DNA of 64,000 nucleotides from Candidatus Latescibacterota bacterium (GTDB lineage: Bacteria > Latescibacterota > UBA2968 > UBA8231): positions 5,184,001-5,248,000 of the forward strand of contig OZ242214.1 of the NCBI GenBank assembly GCA_965206595.1. The letters run 5' to 3'. The position numbers were made by a program, and so were the translations under genes. Shown piece after piece: positions 1-10,348 of this stretch (positions within the stretch are counted from its first letter, which is position 1; each line of letters starts with the position of its first letter). The notes under the pieces are model-generated. The model did not search any database. It was not told the origin of the DNA and was given only the letters and a program-made list of their open reading frames with translations.

Positions 1-516
1 CAGGTATGGTTGCCTTGCCAGAAGAAGGGGAAGACATTACGTGCATGACCTGCCACAACCGCAAATTGCACTTCCTGACCTCATCCAATTAACGCCTCCC
101 TCGTTTCGCTGAGGCGTCCAGACAACCTGCTTCCTTCTTGTCCTCTTGGGACGCTTGGCCCCCAGCGCTCCCCGAGGATGGACACCTTTCCGCCTAATCC
201 GCCCGCGGGCGACCCTCTTGCTGCTGTCACTGCTGGTCTTTCCGCTTGCCCGGTTGCGGTTTTACCGCTGATCGCGATTTCGAAACGCCTTGGGTTGATC
301 GCCGTGGAGTTCAGCCTCTTGGGGGTGCTTTTTCGTCTGGCGCCGTTTGCTACTGCCTGGACCCGTCCGTGATCCGCCCACGCAGTCCCAATGCCCTATC
401 CCTGGCAAACGAAAACATGCGCGGCCCTACCGGTATCGTGTTTCGGCTCGGCATTGTCCCGATCTTAGTTGATTCTCTCGTAAAAACCCTACGTCCTTCA
501 AAATGTCCGTGTTGCC

Positions 517-564
517 ATACAACATATAGTGTATGCGTCGCCTTAGTTGGCCAATATATAGTAG
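517..564. promoter_or_regulatory. Tandem NrdR boxes
   Basis: ATACAACATATAGTGT (517-532) and GGCCAATATATAGTAG (549-564) both fit the NrdR consensus acaCwAtATaTwGtgt. Starts are 32 bp apart, the usual tandem spacing. Confidence 0.75.
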
Positions 565-623
565 CGCTTTAACGTGCTGAGTCGCTGAACATCCTCAAAA
601 TGGGGTTTATATGAAGGAGTCTT

Positions 624-2035
624 AGTTGAAACAGCACAGGCTCCTCTCGCTACCTTGGTACGGGAAGTTTTTTTCGGAAAACCTCGTATCAGGTAACAGA
701 AAGGAGCCTGCCATGAGCAAGCTATCAGGACCCCGGAAGCAGGTCAAACGCAGCCTGGAAATCGGCCCCGTGAATGCGGAGGCCGCCGCCCTTACCGGCG
801 ATCTGGATACGCGCATCGAGGTGATCCAATGCCTGATTCCTTTGGGGCTGCAAGCCGTCGCCGAGGAATTGCAACGGGCGGTCGAGGAGTTGGCCGGGCC
901 GCGCTATCAGCGCAAGGGGGCCGAGCAGCCGGTGCGCCGCTGGGGATCTCAGTCCGGATCGGTGTATCTGGGCGATCAGAAACTGAGGGTCGAAGTGCCG
1001 CGAGTGCGCAATGTGGCCAGCCGGACCGAGGTGCCGCTGGCCGTCTACCAGGCCCTGCAGAGGCCCCGGAACCAGGACGAGGGCCTGTTGCTGCGCGTGT
1101 TGAAAGGGATCGCCACGCGCGACTACGAGGCCTGCGCCGAGACCGTCCCGGCCGCCTTCGGCCTGTCCGGTTCCTCGGTGTCGCGCCGCTACGTGAAAGG
1201 CACGGCGCGGAAGCTGGCCGAATTCCAGGAGCGATCCCTGGAAGGATACGATCTGGTGGCGCTGTTTCTCGACGGCAAGAGCTTCGCCGACGAAGAAATC
1301 CTCATCGCGCTGGGGGTCACCCTGGACGGACACAAGATTCCGCTGGGCTTCGTGCAGGCGGCCACCGAGAACGAGCGCGTCTGCCGGCGCTTCCTGTCCG
1401 ATCTGGTCGAACGAGGCTTGCAGTATGAAGCCGGACTGCTGGTCGTCCTCGACGGCGGCAAGGGACTGTACAAGGCGGTGCGGTCGGTGCTGAAAGGGCA
1501 TGCCTGCGTGCAGCGCTGCCAGTATCACAAGCGCCAGAACGTCGTCTCGTATCTGCCCAAGAGCGAGCAGGCCCGGATCCGTCACAAAATGGAAGCGGCC
1601 TACGGGCAAGCGACGTACGAGGAGGCCAAGGCTGCCCTGGAGGCGCTCAAACCGGGCTTGGAGCTGACGAACCATCCGCCCTGCGCAGCCCTCGAGGAAG
1701 GGCTGGAAGAGACGCTGACGCTGCCCCCGTTTGGGGCTGATGCCGATGCTGAAGAATTCCTTCCGTACCACCAACTGTATCGAGAACGTCAACGGTCTCC
1801 TGGAGCAGTTGACGCATAACGTGCGGCGCTGGAGCAACTCATCGCAGCGCCACCGCTGGGTAGCCACGGCGCTGTTGGACATCGAACCGCGTCTGCGCCG
1901 GGTCAAGGGCTACCGTCACTCACCGACGATGCGGCACGCCCTGCAAGGCGAGCTCGGTATCAAACAGCTCGCTATGACGGGCTGATCTATTCAACCGAGC
2001 CTGTGCTTTGTTTCAACTGAAAATGGGACTTGCCC
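624..2035 (+). mobile_element. IS256-family insertion sequence (damaged)
   Basis: Right end GAGCCTGTGCTTTGTTTCAACTGAAAATGGGACTTGCCC ends at 2035. Left end keeps only the inner repeat part AGTTGAAACA-GCACAGGCTC from 624. Encloses the transposase. No target duplication seen. Confidence 0.85.
713..1985 (+). pseudogene. IS256 (Mutator-type DDE) transposase, frameshifted
   Basis: AAGGAG RBS before ATG 713. Motifs LFLDG, VLDGGKGL, QRCQYHK and TTNCIEN. Extra C near 1724-1728 splits the C-terminus into ORF 1731-1985; a compensating indel pair near 1673-1691 is visible against the second copy. Confidence 0.85.
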
Positions 2036-2168
2036 TTCGGCTCAGCGCAGCGTCTTACTCTTCCCGCGCTTCCGCCTTGGTGCTGTCGGGATTTCGCTAC
2101 ATGCGTGCCAGGATGCCGATCGTGCCGCTGATCGTCTCCCTTAAACGGACCTGCGCCGCGTTCGGGGG

Positions 2169-3038
2169 TCAGGCCAGCGCGTCAACTACCGCGTCCCCGA
2201 TTTCCGCAGGACTCTGACAAACACTGACTCCGGCCTTCTCGAGGACTTTCATCTTCTCGTCTGCAGTACCCTCACCACCGGCGATAATTGCACCGGCATG
2301 GCCCATGCGGCGCCCGGGAGGTGCCGTGCGACCGGCTATGAAGCCGATTACGGGCTTATCGAATTTTCGGCGAACGTACGCGGCCGCCGTTTCTTCATCG
2401 CTGCCCCCGATTTCTCCGATCATCACCACCGCATCGGTTTCGTCATCCATTTTGAACAGTTTCAGCGCGTCGATAAAACGAGTTCCGATAACAGGGTCAC
2501 CCCCGATTCCGATGCACGTCGACTGGCCGAGCCCCCGCTGGGTAAGCTGATCCACCGCTTCGTAGGTGAGGGTGCCGCTACGCGATACGACGCCGATTCG
2601 TCCCCTCTGGTGGATGAACCCTGGCATGATCCCGATCTTGCACCGGTCGGGTGAAATGATTCCGGGACAGTTGGGACCGATCAGCCGCGTCGACCTGCTA
2701 GCCACGTAGTGATAGGCGCGAACCATGTCGCGCAACGGGATGTTTTCGGTAATGCAGACCACCAGCTCGATGCCAACATCCGCTGCTTCCATAATGGCAT
2801 CGGCAGCATACGGTGCCGGAACGAAGATGACCGATGCTGTTGCGCCGGTATCTCGGACCCCTTCGGCCACTGTATTGAAAACCGGGAGTCCTTCGAACTC
2901 CTGGCCTCCCTTTCCGGGAGTCGTCCCCCCGACAACGAGTGTTCCGTACTCGATCATCTGCCGGGTGTGAAACGAGCCCTCCGAGCCGGTGATACCCTGC
3001 ACTAAAACGCGGGTGGCCTCACCGACGAGAATGCTCAC
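2169..3038 (-). CDS. sucD: Succinyl-CoA synthetase alpha subunit
   Basis: [20 protein letters not shown] and [10 protein letters not shown] (phospho-His) motifs. Confidence 0.97.
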   Translation of the reverse strand: MSILVGEATRVLVQGITGSEGSFHTRQMIEYGTLVVGGTTPGKGGQEFEGLPVFNTVAEGVRDTGATASVIFVPAPYAADAIMEAADVGIELVVCITENIPLRDMVRAYHYVASRSTRLIGPNCPGIISPDRCKIGIMPGFIHQRGRIGVVSRSGTLTYEAVDQLTQRGLGQSTCIGIGGDPVIGTRFIDALKLFKMDDETDAVVMIGEIGGSDEETAAAYVRRKFDKPVIGFIAGRTAPPGRRMGHAGAIIAGGEGTADEKMKVLEKAGVSVCQSPAEIGDAVVDALA

Positions 3039-4192
3039 GAAAGCACTTTCACAACTTTCTCCGCGGCGTCCTTCAAGCCGACGCCAACGGTGAAATCCAC
3101 GTCGGATTCCCCCAGTCTTCTCGCAGCTTCCTCTGCATTTGTACCGGCCAGTCGTACTACAACCGGTAGCTGGATGTCGATCTTCTTGCGTGCTTCAATA
3201 ATGCCTTCAGCGACGCGGTCGCAACGCACGATACCACCGAAGATGTTGATCAAAATTGCTTCGACATTCGGGTCCGACAGCAGAATGCGGAATCCATTTT
3301 CCACAGTCTCGGCGCTGGCACCGCCACCTACATCCAGGAAGTTGGCCGGTTTGCCGCCAGCAAGCCTTATGATGTCCATCGTAGCCATGGCCAAGCCTGC
3401 ACCGTTCACCATGCAGCCGATGTTGCCGTCGAGCTTTATGTAGTTCAGACCATGTTTCGATGCCTCGACCTCCAAGTCCTCCTCTTCATCGAGGTCACGC
3501 AGTCCGCCGTGATCGCGGTGTCGAAAAAACCCGTTGTCGTCGAAATTGATCTTCGCGTCCAAGGCCAGGAGCTCCCCCTGGCTGGTGAGAGCGATCGGGT
3601 TGATCTCGGCCAGCGAGCAGTCCTCGGTTTGAAACATCTCGTACAACCCAAGTATGAACCGGGCGGCTTGGCCAACCGCCAAGCCGGTCATACCAAGCCC
3701 GAATGCCAGGCGAGATGCCTGAAACGGAAGCAATCCAGTGGAAGGGTCCACAATTTCGGAGAGGATTTTCTCCGGCCTTCGGGCCGCGACCTGCTCGATC
3801 TCCATCCCCCCCTCTGTGCTAGCCATGACGACCAGTTTGGACTGTGCACGGTCAACGGTTATCGCGAAATAGAATTCGCTGGTTATGTCGCTTGCTTTTT
3901 CCACCAGCACCTGCTTGACCCGCTTCCCCTCGGGTCCAGTCTGGTGGGTGACAAGCTGCATGCCGATAATCTGTTCGGCTGCCGACCTTGCCGCCGCGGC
4001 ATTTTCTGCCACCCTGATTCCGCCCCCTTTTCCGCGACTTCCGGCATGGATCTGTGCCTTGACGACGACGCGACCTCCTAGAGCGGCTGCTATCTGCGTA
4101 GCGCATTCTGGTGTGGTCGCTACATCCCCCGGAGGCACGGCGACACCGTAGGAGCTGAGCAGCTTCTTGGCCTGGAATTCGTGAATTTTCAT
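3035..4192 (-). CDS. sucC: Succinyl-CoA synthetase beta subunit
   Basis: [39 protein letters not shown] and ANFLDVGGG motifs; overlaps sucD start. Confidence 0.97.
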   Translation of the reverse strand: MKIHEFQAKKLLSSYGVAVPPGDVATTPECATQIAAALGGRVVVKAQIHAGSRGKGGGIRVAENAAAARSAAEQIIGMQLVTHQTGPEGKRVKQVLVEKASDITSEFYFAITVDRAQSKLVVMASTEGGMEIEQVAARRPEKILSEIVDPSTGLLPFQASRLAFGLGMTGLAVGQAARFILGLYEMFQTEDCSLAEINPIALTSQGELLALDAKINFDDNGFFRHRDHGGLRDLDEEEDLEVEASKHGLNYIKLDGNIGCMVNGAGLAMATMDIIRLAGGKPANFLDVGGGASAETVENGFRILLSDPNVEAILINIFGGIVRCDRVAEGIIEARKKIDIQLPVVVRLAGTNAEEAARRLGESDVDFTVGVGLKDAAEKVVKVLS

Positions 4193-4353
4193 GATAATGG
4201 CTACGCCAAAGCCTCGGAAATCATCCGCAGAGGCAAACCCGTGCGAGAGATGTCAGCTCCCCAGAGATTTCGCCAGCTTGAAACTTCGTCGGGATCAATA
4301 GCGTAGGCCGGCAGGGACCCCTGAGCTTGTAATCGCTCGCGGCCTGCTTCTGA

Positions 4354-4716
4354 TCAGAAAAACTTTAGCAGGAGATAGGCAGCCACGGCCGTCCCAGCAA
4401 GCGCTCCCCCGTAACACAGAACACTTACGGTCCGGCGAGGCTTGTTCACACCCAATTCGTAAAGCGTAAAACGAACGCGGTGGGCGGCGTGAAAGAGTGG
4501 CAGCGCCATGAAAACGAAGAGATAAAGCTTGATCAGGGGGTTTGCCAGCAGGGAATGCATTTTTTCATACCCTACTGTTTCAGGTTGGAGCAGGCCCATC
4601 GGAACCGCCAAGCCTTCGAGAAAGATGTGTATGGGGACCAGCAGCGCCGCGACCATTCCTCCCGCGGAGAACATTCCCCACCAGAATGGCTCTCTGGTGT
4701 CTTTCCGGTATTTCAC
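4354..4716 (-). CDS. frdD: Fumarate reductase membrane anchor subunit D
   Basis: EPFWWGMFSAGG and LPLFHAAHRVR match FrdD; three hydrophobic segments; operon position. Confidence 0.88.
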   Translation of the reverse strand: MKYRKDTREPFWWGMFSAGGMVAALLVPIHIFLEGLAVPMGLLQPETVGYEKMHSLLANPLIKLYLFVFMALPLFHAAHRVRFTLYELGVNKPRRTVSVLCYGGALAGTAVAAYLLLKFF

Positions 4717-4726
4717 TGCTGTACAC

Positions 4727-5134
4727 CTACCTCACAACGACCAAGGCGATAGTGGCCGACACCACCAGCCACGCCGCGATTGCACACCCTGTGACCATTC
4801 CAGGAGGCACCGTCCAGGAGCCGAAACGGACGACTTGAATTTTTGATGCGGCCCCAAACCAGGTGATAGTGTGATAGACTGCAAATACGAAGGCGATAAC
4901 GGAAAAAAGGACGTATTCAGGCTGTCGCAGCGATTCCCGAAACTGTCCGTGGGTCTGCGCCCCTTTCGACAGGAGGAAAAGCTCATACATGAAAAGCAGA
5001 ACGAATGCGGCAATGAAGAGGCTGCTGAACTCGCGCATCATGAACAGAAAATAGCTTCCCTTTTTTAGCCACCATGTGGCCGGCATTGACGGCTGATACG
5101 TCTTCCCGTCGCCACTGCGGGAAGCGCTGCTCAT
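4727..5134 (-). CDS. frdC: Fumarate reductase membrane anchor subunit C
   Basis: MPATWW...[11 protein letters not shown] and YHTITWF match FrdC. Start moved to ATG 5134, which overlaps the frdB stop. Confidence 0.88.
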   Translation of the reverse strand: MSSASRSGDGKTYQPSMPATWWLKKGSYFLFMMREFSSLFIAAFVLLFMYELFLLSKGAQTHGQFRESLRQPEYVLFSVIAFVFAVYHTITWFGAASKIQVVRFGSWTVPPGMVTGCAIAAWLVVSATIALVVVR

Positions 5135-5877
5135 TTTAACCCCCGCGGCATCAGTATCGATTTGAACCATTTTTTCGTGGTTGCAACCTTGGTGCGTTGT
5201 ATGGCAGCAGCCGGATCGACATCCTTGGGACAGACCACGGAACACTCGCCGACAAAGGTGCACTCCCAGATCCCTTCGCTGCTGGCCACGATATGGGCGC
5301 GTTCGTCCTCTCCCTTGTCACGATTATCCATGTTGTAACGGTGTGCGAGCGCCAGAGCCGCAGGTCCGATGAATCCGTCTTCCAGCCCGTATACCGGGCA
5401 GGCCGAATAGCACAACATGCAGTTGATGCACATGCTGAACTGTTTGAACTCGGCCAGCTCTTCCGGGGTTTGCAGGTACTCTCCTTCCTCTACCGGCTTT
5501 TCATCGTCGCGCACAATCCAAGGCTTCACAGCCTTGAGTTTGGCCATGAAGTCGTCCATCTCAATAACTAGGTCCCGCACTACCGGAAAGTGATTGAGCG
5601 GTTCTACACGCACAGGTTCGGGATAGTATTCGCGCAGGAATGTTGCGCAAGTCAGTTTTGGCTCGCCGTTTACCATGGTTCCGCAGCTGCCGCATACGCC
5701 CATGCGGCAGGACCATCGGTACGAAAGAGTGCCGTCGACGTAGTCCTTGATGTAGTTCAGGGCGTCCAGCACTACCCATTCCTGCCGGTACGGAATGTCG
5801 TAATCTTGGAACGTCGGTTCGTTTTCCTCTTCTCCACCGTAGCGGAAAACGGAAAGGGTGATGGTGTCTAAACTCAT
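5131..5877 (-). CDS. frdB: Fumarate reductase/succinate dehydrogenase Fe-S subunit
   Basis: [21 protein letters not shown] and [13 protein letters not shown] cluster motifs. Confidence 0.93.
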   Translation of the reverse strand: MSLDTITLSVFRYGGEEENEPTFQDYDIPYRQEWVVLDALNYIKDYVDGTLSYRWSCRMGVCGSCGTMVNGEPKLTCATFLREYYPEPVRVEPLNHFPVVRDLVIEMDDFMAKLKAVKPWIVRDDEKPVEEGEYLQTPEELAEFKQFSMCINCMLCYSACPVYGLEDGFIGPAALALAHRYNMDNRDKGEDERAHIVASSEGIWECTFVGECSVVCPKDVDPAAAIQRTKVATTKKWFKSILMPRGLK

Positions 5878-5878
5878 G

Positions 5879-7597
5879 CTAATACTTGCGCTCTTCGGGC
5901 TGCCAGCGGGTTATCGTAGCGGGCAAATAGTCTATGCGGGGAGCGTCCTCATCTTCGGCACTTCGGTACGCCAGGGAGTGCTGCAGAAACGCGTCGTCGT
6001 TGCGATCCTCGAAGTCTGAGCGGGCGTGCGACCCTCTGGACTCTTCGCGCCGCAACGCCGAGTGAGCGAGGGACTCGGCTACATCAAGCATGAATCCCAG
6101 TTCTATTGCGGCGGTCAGCTGCGTGTTGAACACGTTGGAGTGATCCTGCACACGAACGTTTTCATAGCGTCGCCGCAGTTCGGCGATGTCTTCACAGGCC
6201 TTCTCCAATCCTTCGCAGGTGCGGTAGATTCCGGCTCCGGCCTCCATTCCCTTCTGCAAGTCGGTACGGATATCGGCAATGCGTTCCTCTTCCGGGCTCT
6301 CGCTGAAAAACCGGGACTTTATCTGCAACTCTTCCTGGCGAGTCAGCTGCTCGAGAGCACGGAGACGCGGATGCTGCTGCTCCATCGCGAAAGCAGAGGC
6401 ACATCTCCCGGCGCGAGCCCCGAAAACAAGGCATTCGGTCAGCGAGTTGGAACCTAGCCGATTGGCGCCGTTGAGACTGACGCAGGCGCACTCGCCTGCA
6501 GCATACAGCCCTTCGATCGGGGTCTTCCCGTCTATGTCGGTGTGAACTCCGCCCATCATGTAATGAACCACCGGCCGCACGGGAATGGGGTCGTGTACCG
6601 GATCAATTCCTACGTAGTTGCGGGTCAACTCGCGCACGAAGGGCAGCTTTTCATCTATGACTTTCTCCCCAAGATGACGCAGGTCGAGGTGGACGTACTG
6701 CCCTTGCTCGTCCTCGAAAACCCGGCCGGCTCGCATCTCGTGTACAAACGAACGCGACAGGATATCTCTTGGACCGAGCTCCATTTTACCAGGCACGTAC
6801 TCGCTCAGATAGCGATCCCCCTCGCTGTTGACGAGGTAGCCTCCCTCTCCCCTCGAGGCCTCCGTCATCAGGATACCAGTACCGGGCAATCCGGTAGGGT
6901 GGTACTGCACAAATTCCATATCCTTGAGGGGACAGCCGGCGCGGTAAGCCATCGCCATGCCGTCACCTGTCTTGATGGCGGCGTTGGTGGTAAAGGGAAA
7001 CACCCGTCCGCCGCCGCCGGTACCCAGAATGACCGCCTTTGCCGGAATCGCCTGCAGTCCGCCCGATTGCAAATTCAGGGCGGTGACTCCGCATACCTTG
7101 CCCTCTTCCACCAACAGCGAGGTGACAAAGAACTCGTCGTGACGGTGGATGCTGTCGTACTTCAGGGAAGTCTGAAACAGCGCGTGCAGCATGTGAAATC
7201 CGGTCTTGTCCGCTGCGTAGAGCGTCCTTTTGACGGTCATGCCGCCAAAGGCCCGGACGCTGACACGACCGTCCTGATCCCTGCTCCAGGGACATCCCCA
7301 GTGCTCGAGCTGAATCGCCTCGCCGGGAGCTTCTTCCACGAAGACCTCGACAACGTCCTGATCGGCGAGAAAATCGCTACCCTTGATGGTGTCGAACGCG
7401 TGCGAATCGAGGCTGTCACCGTCGCGCACCACCGCGGCCAAGCCGCCTTCGGCAGAAACAGTATGGCTGCGCATGGGGTAGACCTTTGAAATAACCCCAA
7501 CGTTCAGCCGAGAGTCTGCCTCGGCGGCAGCGATCGCCGCCCGCAAGCCGGCGCCGCCCCCGCCCACAATCAAAATGTCATAGACAAGGCTGCTCAT
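5879..7597 (-). CDS. frdA: Fumarate reductase/succinate dehydrogenase flavoprotein
   Basis: GGGGAG FAD loop, [10 protein letters not shown] covalent-FAD His, QYHPTG, HYMMGG and [10 protein letters not shown]. Confidence 0.93.
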   Translation of the reverse strand: MSSLVYDILIVGGGGAGLRAAIAAAEADSRLNVGVISKVYPMRSHTVSAEGGLAAVVRDGDSLDSHAFDTIKGSDFLADQDVVEVFVEEAPGEAIQLEHWGCPWSRDQDGRVSVRAFGGMTVKRTLYAADKTGFHMLHALFQTSLKYDSIHRHDEFFVTSLLVEEGKVCGVTALNLQSGGLQAIPAKAVILGTGGGGRVFPFTTNAAIKTGDGMAMAYRAGCPLKDMEFVQYHPTGLPGTGILMTEASRGEGGYLVNSEGDRYLSEYVPGKMELGPRDILSRSFVHEMRAGRVFEDEQGQYVHLDLRHLGEKVIDEKLPFVRELTRNYVGIDPVHDPIPVRPVVHYMMGGVHTDIDGKTPIEGLYAAGECACVSLNGANRLGSNSLTECLVFGARAGRCASAFAMEQQHPRLRALEQLTRQEELQIKSRFFSESPEEERIADIRTDLQKGMEAGAGIYRTCEGLEKACEDIAELRRRYENVRVQDHSNVFNTQLTAAIELGFMLDVAESLAHSALRREESRGSHARSDFEDRNDDAFLQHSLAYRSAEDEDAPRIDYLPATITRWQPEERKY

Positions 7598-7731
7598 GCC
7601 TCAGTCACACTGCTGACTCGGATCGTTGATCTACGTTGATCTGTGAAATAGAAGGAAGGTCAAAGGATTGGGGAAGTGCCTCGTGCAAGAATCCCCTGCC
7701 CGCTGCACGAAAAATGATAGCGGAAATTGGG

Positions 7732-7995
7732 TCAGGGGACTGCAACCGGCAATACACTAACGCTGTTTCGATTTCGTCCGGCTCTCTCGAATTGAACGGT
7801 ACCATGGACTGTTGCGTATAGCGTGTCGTCGCCTCCCTTGCGCACATTGCGGCCGGGGTGGACTCGTGTACCGCGTTGGCGAACCAGAATCGTTCCGGCG
7901 TTAACGACCTGACCTCCGTAGCGCTTGATTCCGAGCCGTTTGGAATGGCTGTCGCGGCCGTTTCTCGAACTTCCGACGCCCTTTTTATGTGCCAT
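7732..7995 (-). CDS. rpmA: 50S ribosomal protein L27
   Basis: [22 protein letters not shown] signature. Confidence 0.98.
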   Translation of the reverse strand: MAHKKGVGSSRNGRDSHSKRLGIKRYGGQVVNAGTILVRQRGTRVHPGRNVRKGGDDTLYATVHGTVQFERAGRNRNSVSVLPVAVP

Positions 7996-8023
7996 GGGGA
8001 ATACCTTTTCCCGCGCAGACTCG

Positions 8024-8338
8024 CTATGCTGTTGCGATATCGTCGATCTGGATTTCGGTGTACTTCTGACGATGCCCGTTCCTACGCCGGTAGTTCTTTC
8101 GCCGTTTGATCTTGAAAACGATCACCTTCTTTTCGAGTCCGTGGCCGCGAACGGTCGCTGTAACAGACGCCCCGTTGACGTGCGGCGCACCAACGATGTT
8201 TTGGCCTTCTTCGGAAATCAGCAAAACCTTTGAAAACGTGTGCTTGTGGCCCTCTTCTATGGATAACCTTGGCACTCGCACTGTTACCCCTTTGCTGACC
8301 TGTACCTGTTTGCCGGCAATGTCTACAATTGCATACAT
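8024..8338 (-). CDS. rplU: 50S ribosomal protein L21
   Basis: [11 protein letters not shown]...[14 protein letters not shown]; adjacent to rpmA. Confidence 0.98.
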   Translation of the reverse strand: MYAIVDIAGKQVQVSKGVTVRVPRLSIEEGHKHTFSKVLLISEEGQNIVGAPHVNGASVTATVRGHGLEKKVIVFKIKRRKNYRRRNGHRQKYTEIQIDDIATA

Positions 8339-8420
8339 GGCATTTTTCCGTTTGGACCCGTGTTGCGGGTTGGCGGCAGTGAAATTATGGCAGCGAAACT
8401 AACTGTGCTTCGAAAATCTG

Positions 8421-9962
8421 TCAATTTCGGCCTGAATCTGAGGAGGCGCTGTGCTCCGCAGTCACATCGAGGTTCCGTTTCCGCGAAATCACCTTGAAAT
8501 CCTGCGCTGTCAAGGATGGATCTTCCCGGATTTCGACGCGGGCTTTGGTTGCTCGGCGAATCGATTTCAGGCGTACCTCCCTATCCGCGATCATGTATTG
8601 GGCTACGTCAGGATGCACCCGGAGTTCGAATCGGCGATCGCTGTTGGCGGCATAAGCCCGCTGCATCCAGCGCTCGATTTTTGTCAGAGTTGTATCGGGA
8701 CCCAGTACCCTTCCGGTACCTTGGCAGGTTGGACAGGGTTCGCTGTGGGTGTGTAACAGGTTGGGACGCACTCGCTGGCGGGTCATCTCTACCAGCCCGA
8801 ACTCGCTGATCTGCGGACTGATCGAGACTTTTGCCCGGTCCTTTTTAGCCTCCTCGATCATCTGGTCCACCACTTTTTTTCGATTGCGGTCCTCGTGCAT
8901 GTCAATGAAGTCAACGACGATAATTCCGCCGATGTCACGGAGTCGCAGTTGCCGGGAAAGTTCCTTGGCCGCCTCGATATTGGTCCGCAGGTTGCTCTCC
9001 TCCTGGTCACGCGATCCAACATACCCTGCAGAGTTGATGTCGACGAATGTCCCGGCCTCCGCATGGTCGATTACAAGGGCACCACCGCCCCGCATTCCGA
9101 CATTGCGATCATTGGCCTTTTCGAGTTCGCGTTCAATATTCACGACATCGAAAATTGGCCGTTTGTCGTGAAAGTATACGATCCGATTTTTCAACTCCGG
9201 AGATACCGATTTCACGTAATCACATATTTCTCCATGAAGCGGCTTTGAATCGACGACGAGCCTGTCCACGCTGTCGGTAAACAGGTCTCGGATAACGCTG
9301 GTGGTCATACCTAACTCTTTGTGCAGAAGGGCGGGTGACGGGGTCCTCCTGCTGCGTTTATTCATGCGCTCATGAACCTTTACCAACTGCTTCAGGTCAC
9401 GCTTGAATTCCTTCTCGCTCTTGCCGGATCCCTCGGTGCGCACGATCGCCGAATAACCTTCCGGTCGCGCCTTTTGAACGATATCCCGCAGCCGGCGACG
9501 CTCCGAATAGTTCGAAATCTTCCGAGAGACTCCGACCCAGTCTCCACCCGGCATCAACACCACGAAGCGCCCAGCTAGAGCGAGTTGCGTGGTCACGCGG
9601 GCCCCTTTGGTTCCGATTGGCTCCTTGGCGATCTGCACCAATACTTCCTGCCCTTTTTGAACCAGGCTCTGGATACTTGGCAAAGAGCGCCCCCGGCGTC
9701 CGTTGCGGGGAGGGCGCTCCTCTTCGTCTGAATTCGCCTCGACCATATCGCGAACTTGAAGAAATGCAGTGCGCTCCAGTCCAATCTCGACAAAGGCCGC
9801 CTGCAAACTTGGCAGAACCGCCATGACGGTGCCTTTGTAAATATCCCCCACCATGCGCTCGCTCTCCGGCCGCTCGACCCAGATTTCGGCTAGACGGCCC
9901 TCTTCAACGATGGCAATGCGGGACTCGTGAATTCCCTGATTTATAAATATTTCGGTAGACAT
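8421..9962 (-). CDS. Ribonuclease E/G family (RNase G-sized)
   Basis: S1 domain (GDIYKG, AAFVEIG), KEPIGTKGAR, VDINS, LRLRDIGGIIVVDFIDM and CPTCQG. ATG 9962 has a GGAGA RBS. Confidence 0.93.
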   Translation of the reverse strand: MSTEIFINQGIHESRIAIVEEGRLAEIWVERPESERMVGDIYKGTVMAVLPSLQAAFVEIGLERTAFLQVRDMVEANSDEEERPPRNGRRGRSLPSIQSLVQKGQEVLVQIAKEPIGTKGARVTTQLALAGRFVVLMPGGDWVGVSRKISNYSERRRLRDIVQKARPEGYSAIVRTEGSGKSEKEFKRDLKQLVKVHERMNKRSRRTPSPALLHKELGMTTSVIRDLFTDSVDRLVVDSKPLHGEICDYVKSVSPELKNRIVYFHDKRPIFDVVNIERELEKANDRNVGMRGGGALVIDHAEAGTFVDINSAGYVGSRDQEESNLRTNIEAAKELSRQLRLRDIGGIIVVDFIDMHEDRNRKKVVDQMIEEAKKDRAKVSISPQISEFGLVEMTRQRVRPNLLHTHSEPCPTCQGTGRVLGPDTTLTKIERWMQRAYAANSDRRFELRVHPDVAQYMIADREVRLKSIRRATKARVEIREDPSLTAQDFKVISRKRNLDVTAEHSASSDSGRN

Positions 9963-10348
9963 CGGTTCTCCTGTTTGTGGCGCGACACAGCTCATTCCGC
10001 TGATGGCCGAATGACCCTGTTTGTCGCTGATGGAGAGCGCGATCGAATTGCGAGTGCATTTTAGGTGCGGAGCGGTGGAGCACAGACTTCGGTGCTAACA
10101 ACGCCTAGGTCCTCATGTCCCGTTTTTCCGTGCTGAGTTGCGAGGCGTCACGTCGTGTATTGCGACCTCGCGTGTCCTGTATGCCGCCGCGGGTAGATCC
10201 CGAAAAAAAATGACGGCTAGATTCCTCTATACACCGTGCTCGCCGGGGCTATATCCCACACCCCAATCTGAGCCCTCTGGTTTGATCTTTCCTAACTATG
10301 ACGGCTTTCTCTGGCCATTGCAACCAGCCCGGTATCCTGACCAACCAA

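Noticed and set aside
178-572. Short + strand ORFs before the IS
   Set aside because: No recognisable motifs or RBS; one runs through the NrdR boxes.
1724-1728. Programmed frameshift in the IS256 transposase
   Set aside because: IS256 transposases are single ORFs, and the second copy shows the unshifted sequence CTGCACCGTTTG.
725-1906. 393-aa antisense ORF over the transposase, and similar long antisense or alternate-frame ORFs such as 6542-7489, 28871-30103, 33997-35130 and 61718-62800
   Set aside because: Shadow ORFs expected from GC-rich codon bias; no motifs, and each overlaps a well-supported gene.
7624-7710. CGTTGATCT direct repeat and TCGTGCA...TGCACGA inverted repeat upstream of frdA as FNR or Rex sites
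   Set aside because: They do not fit TTGAT-N4-ATCAA or the Rex palindrome; too short to assign.
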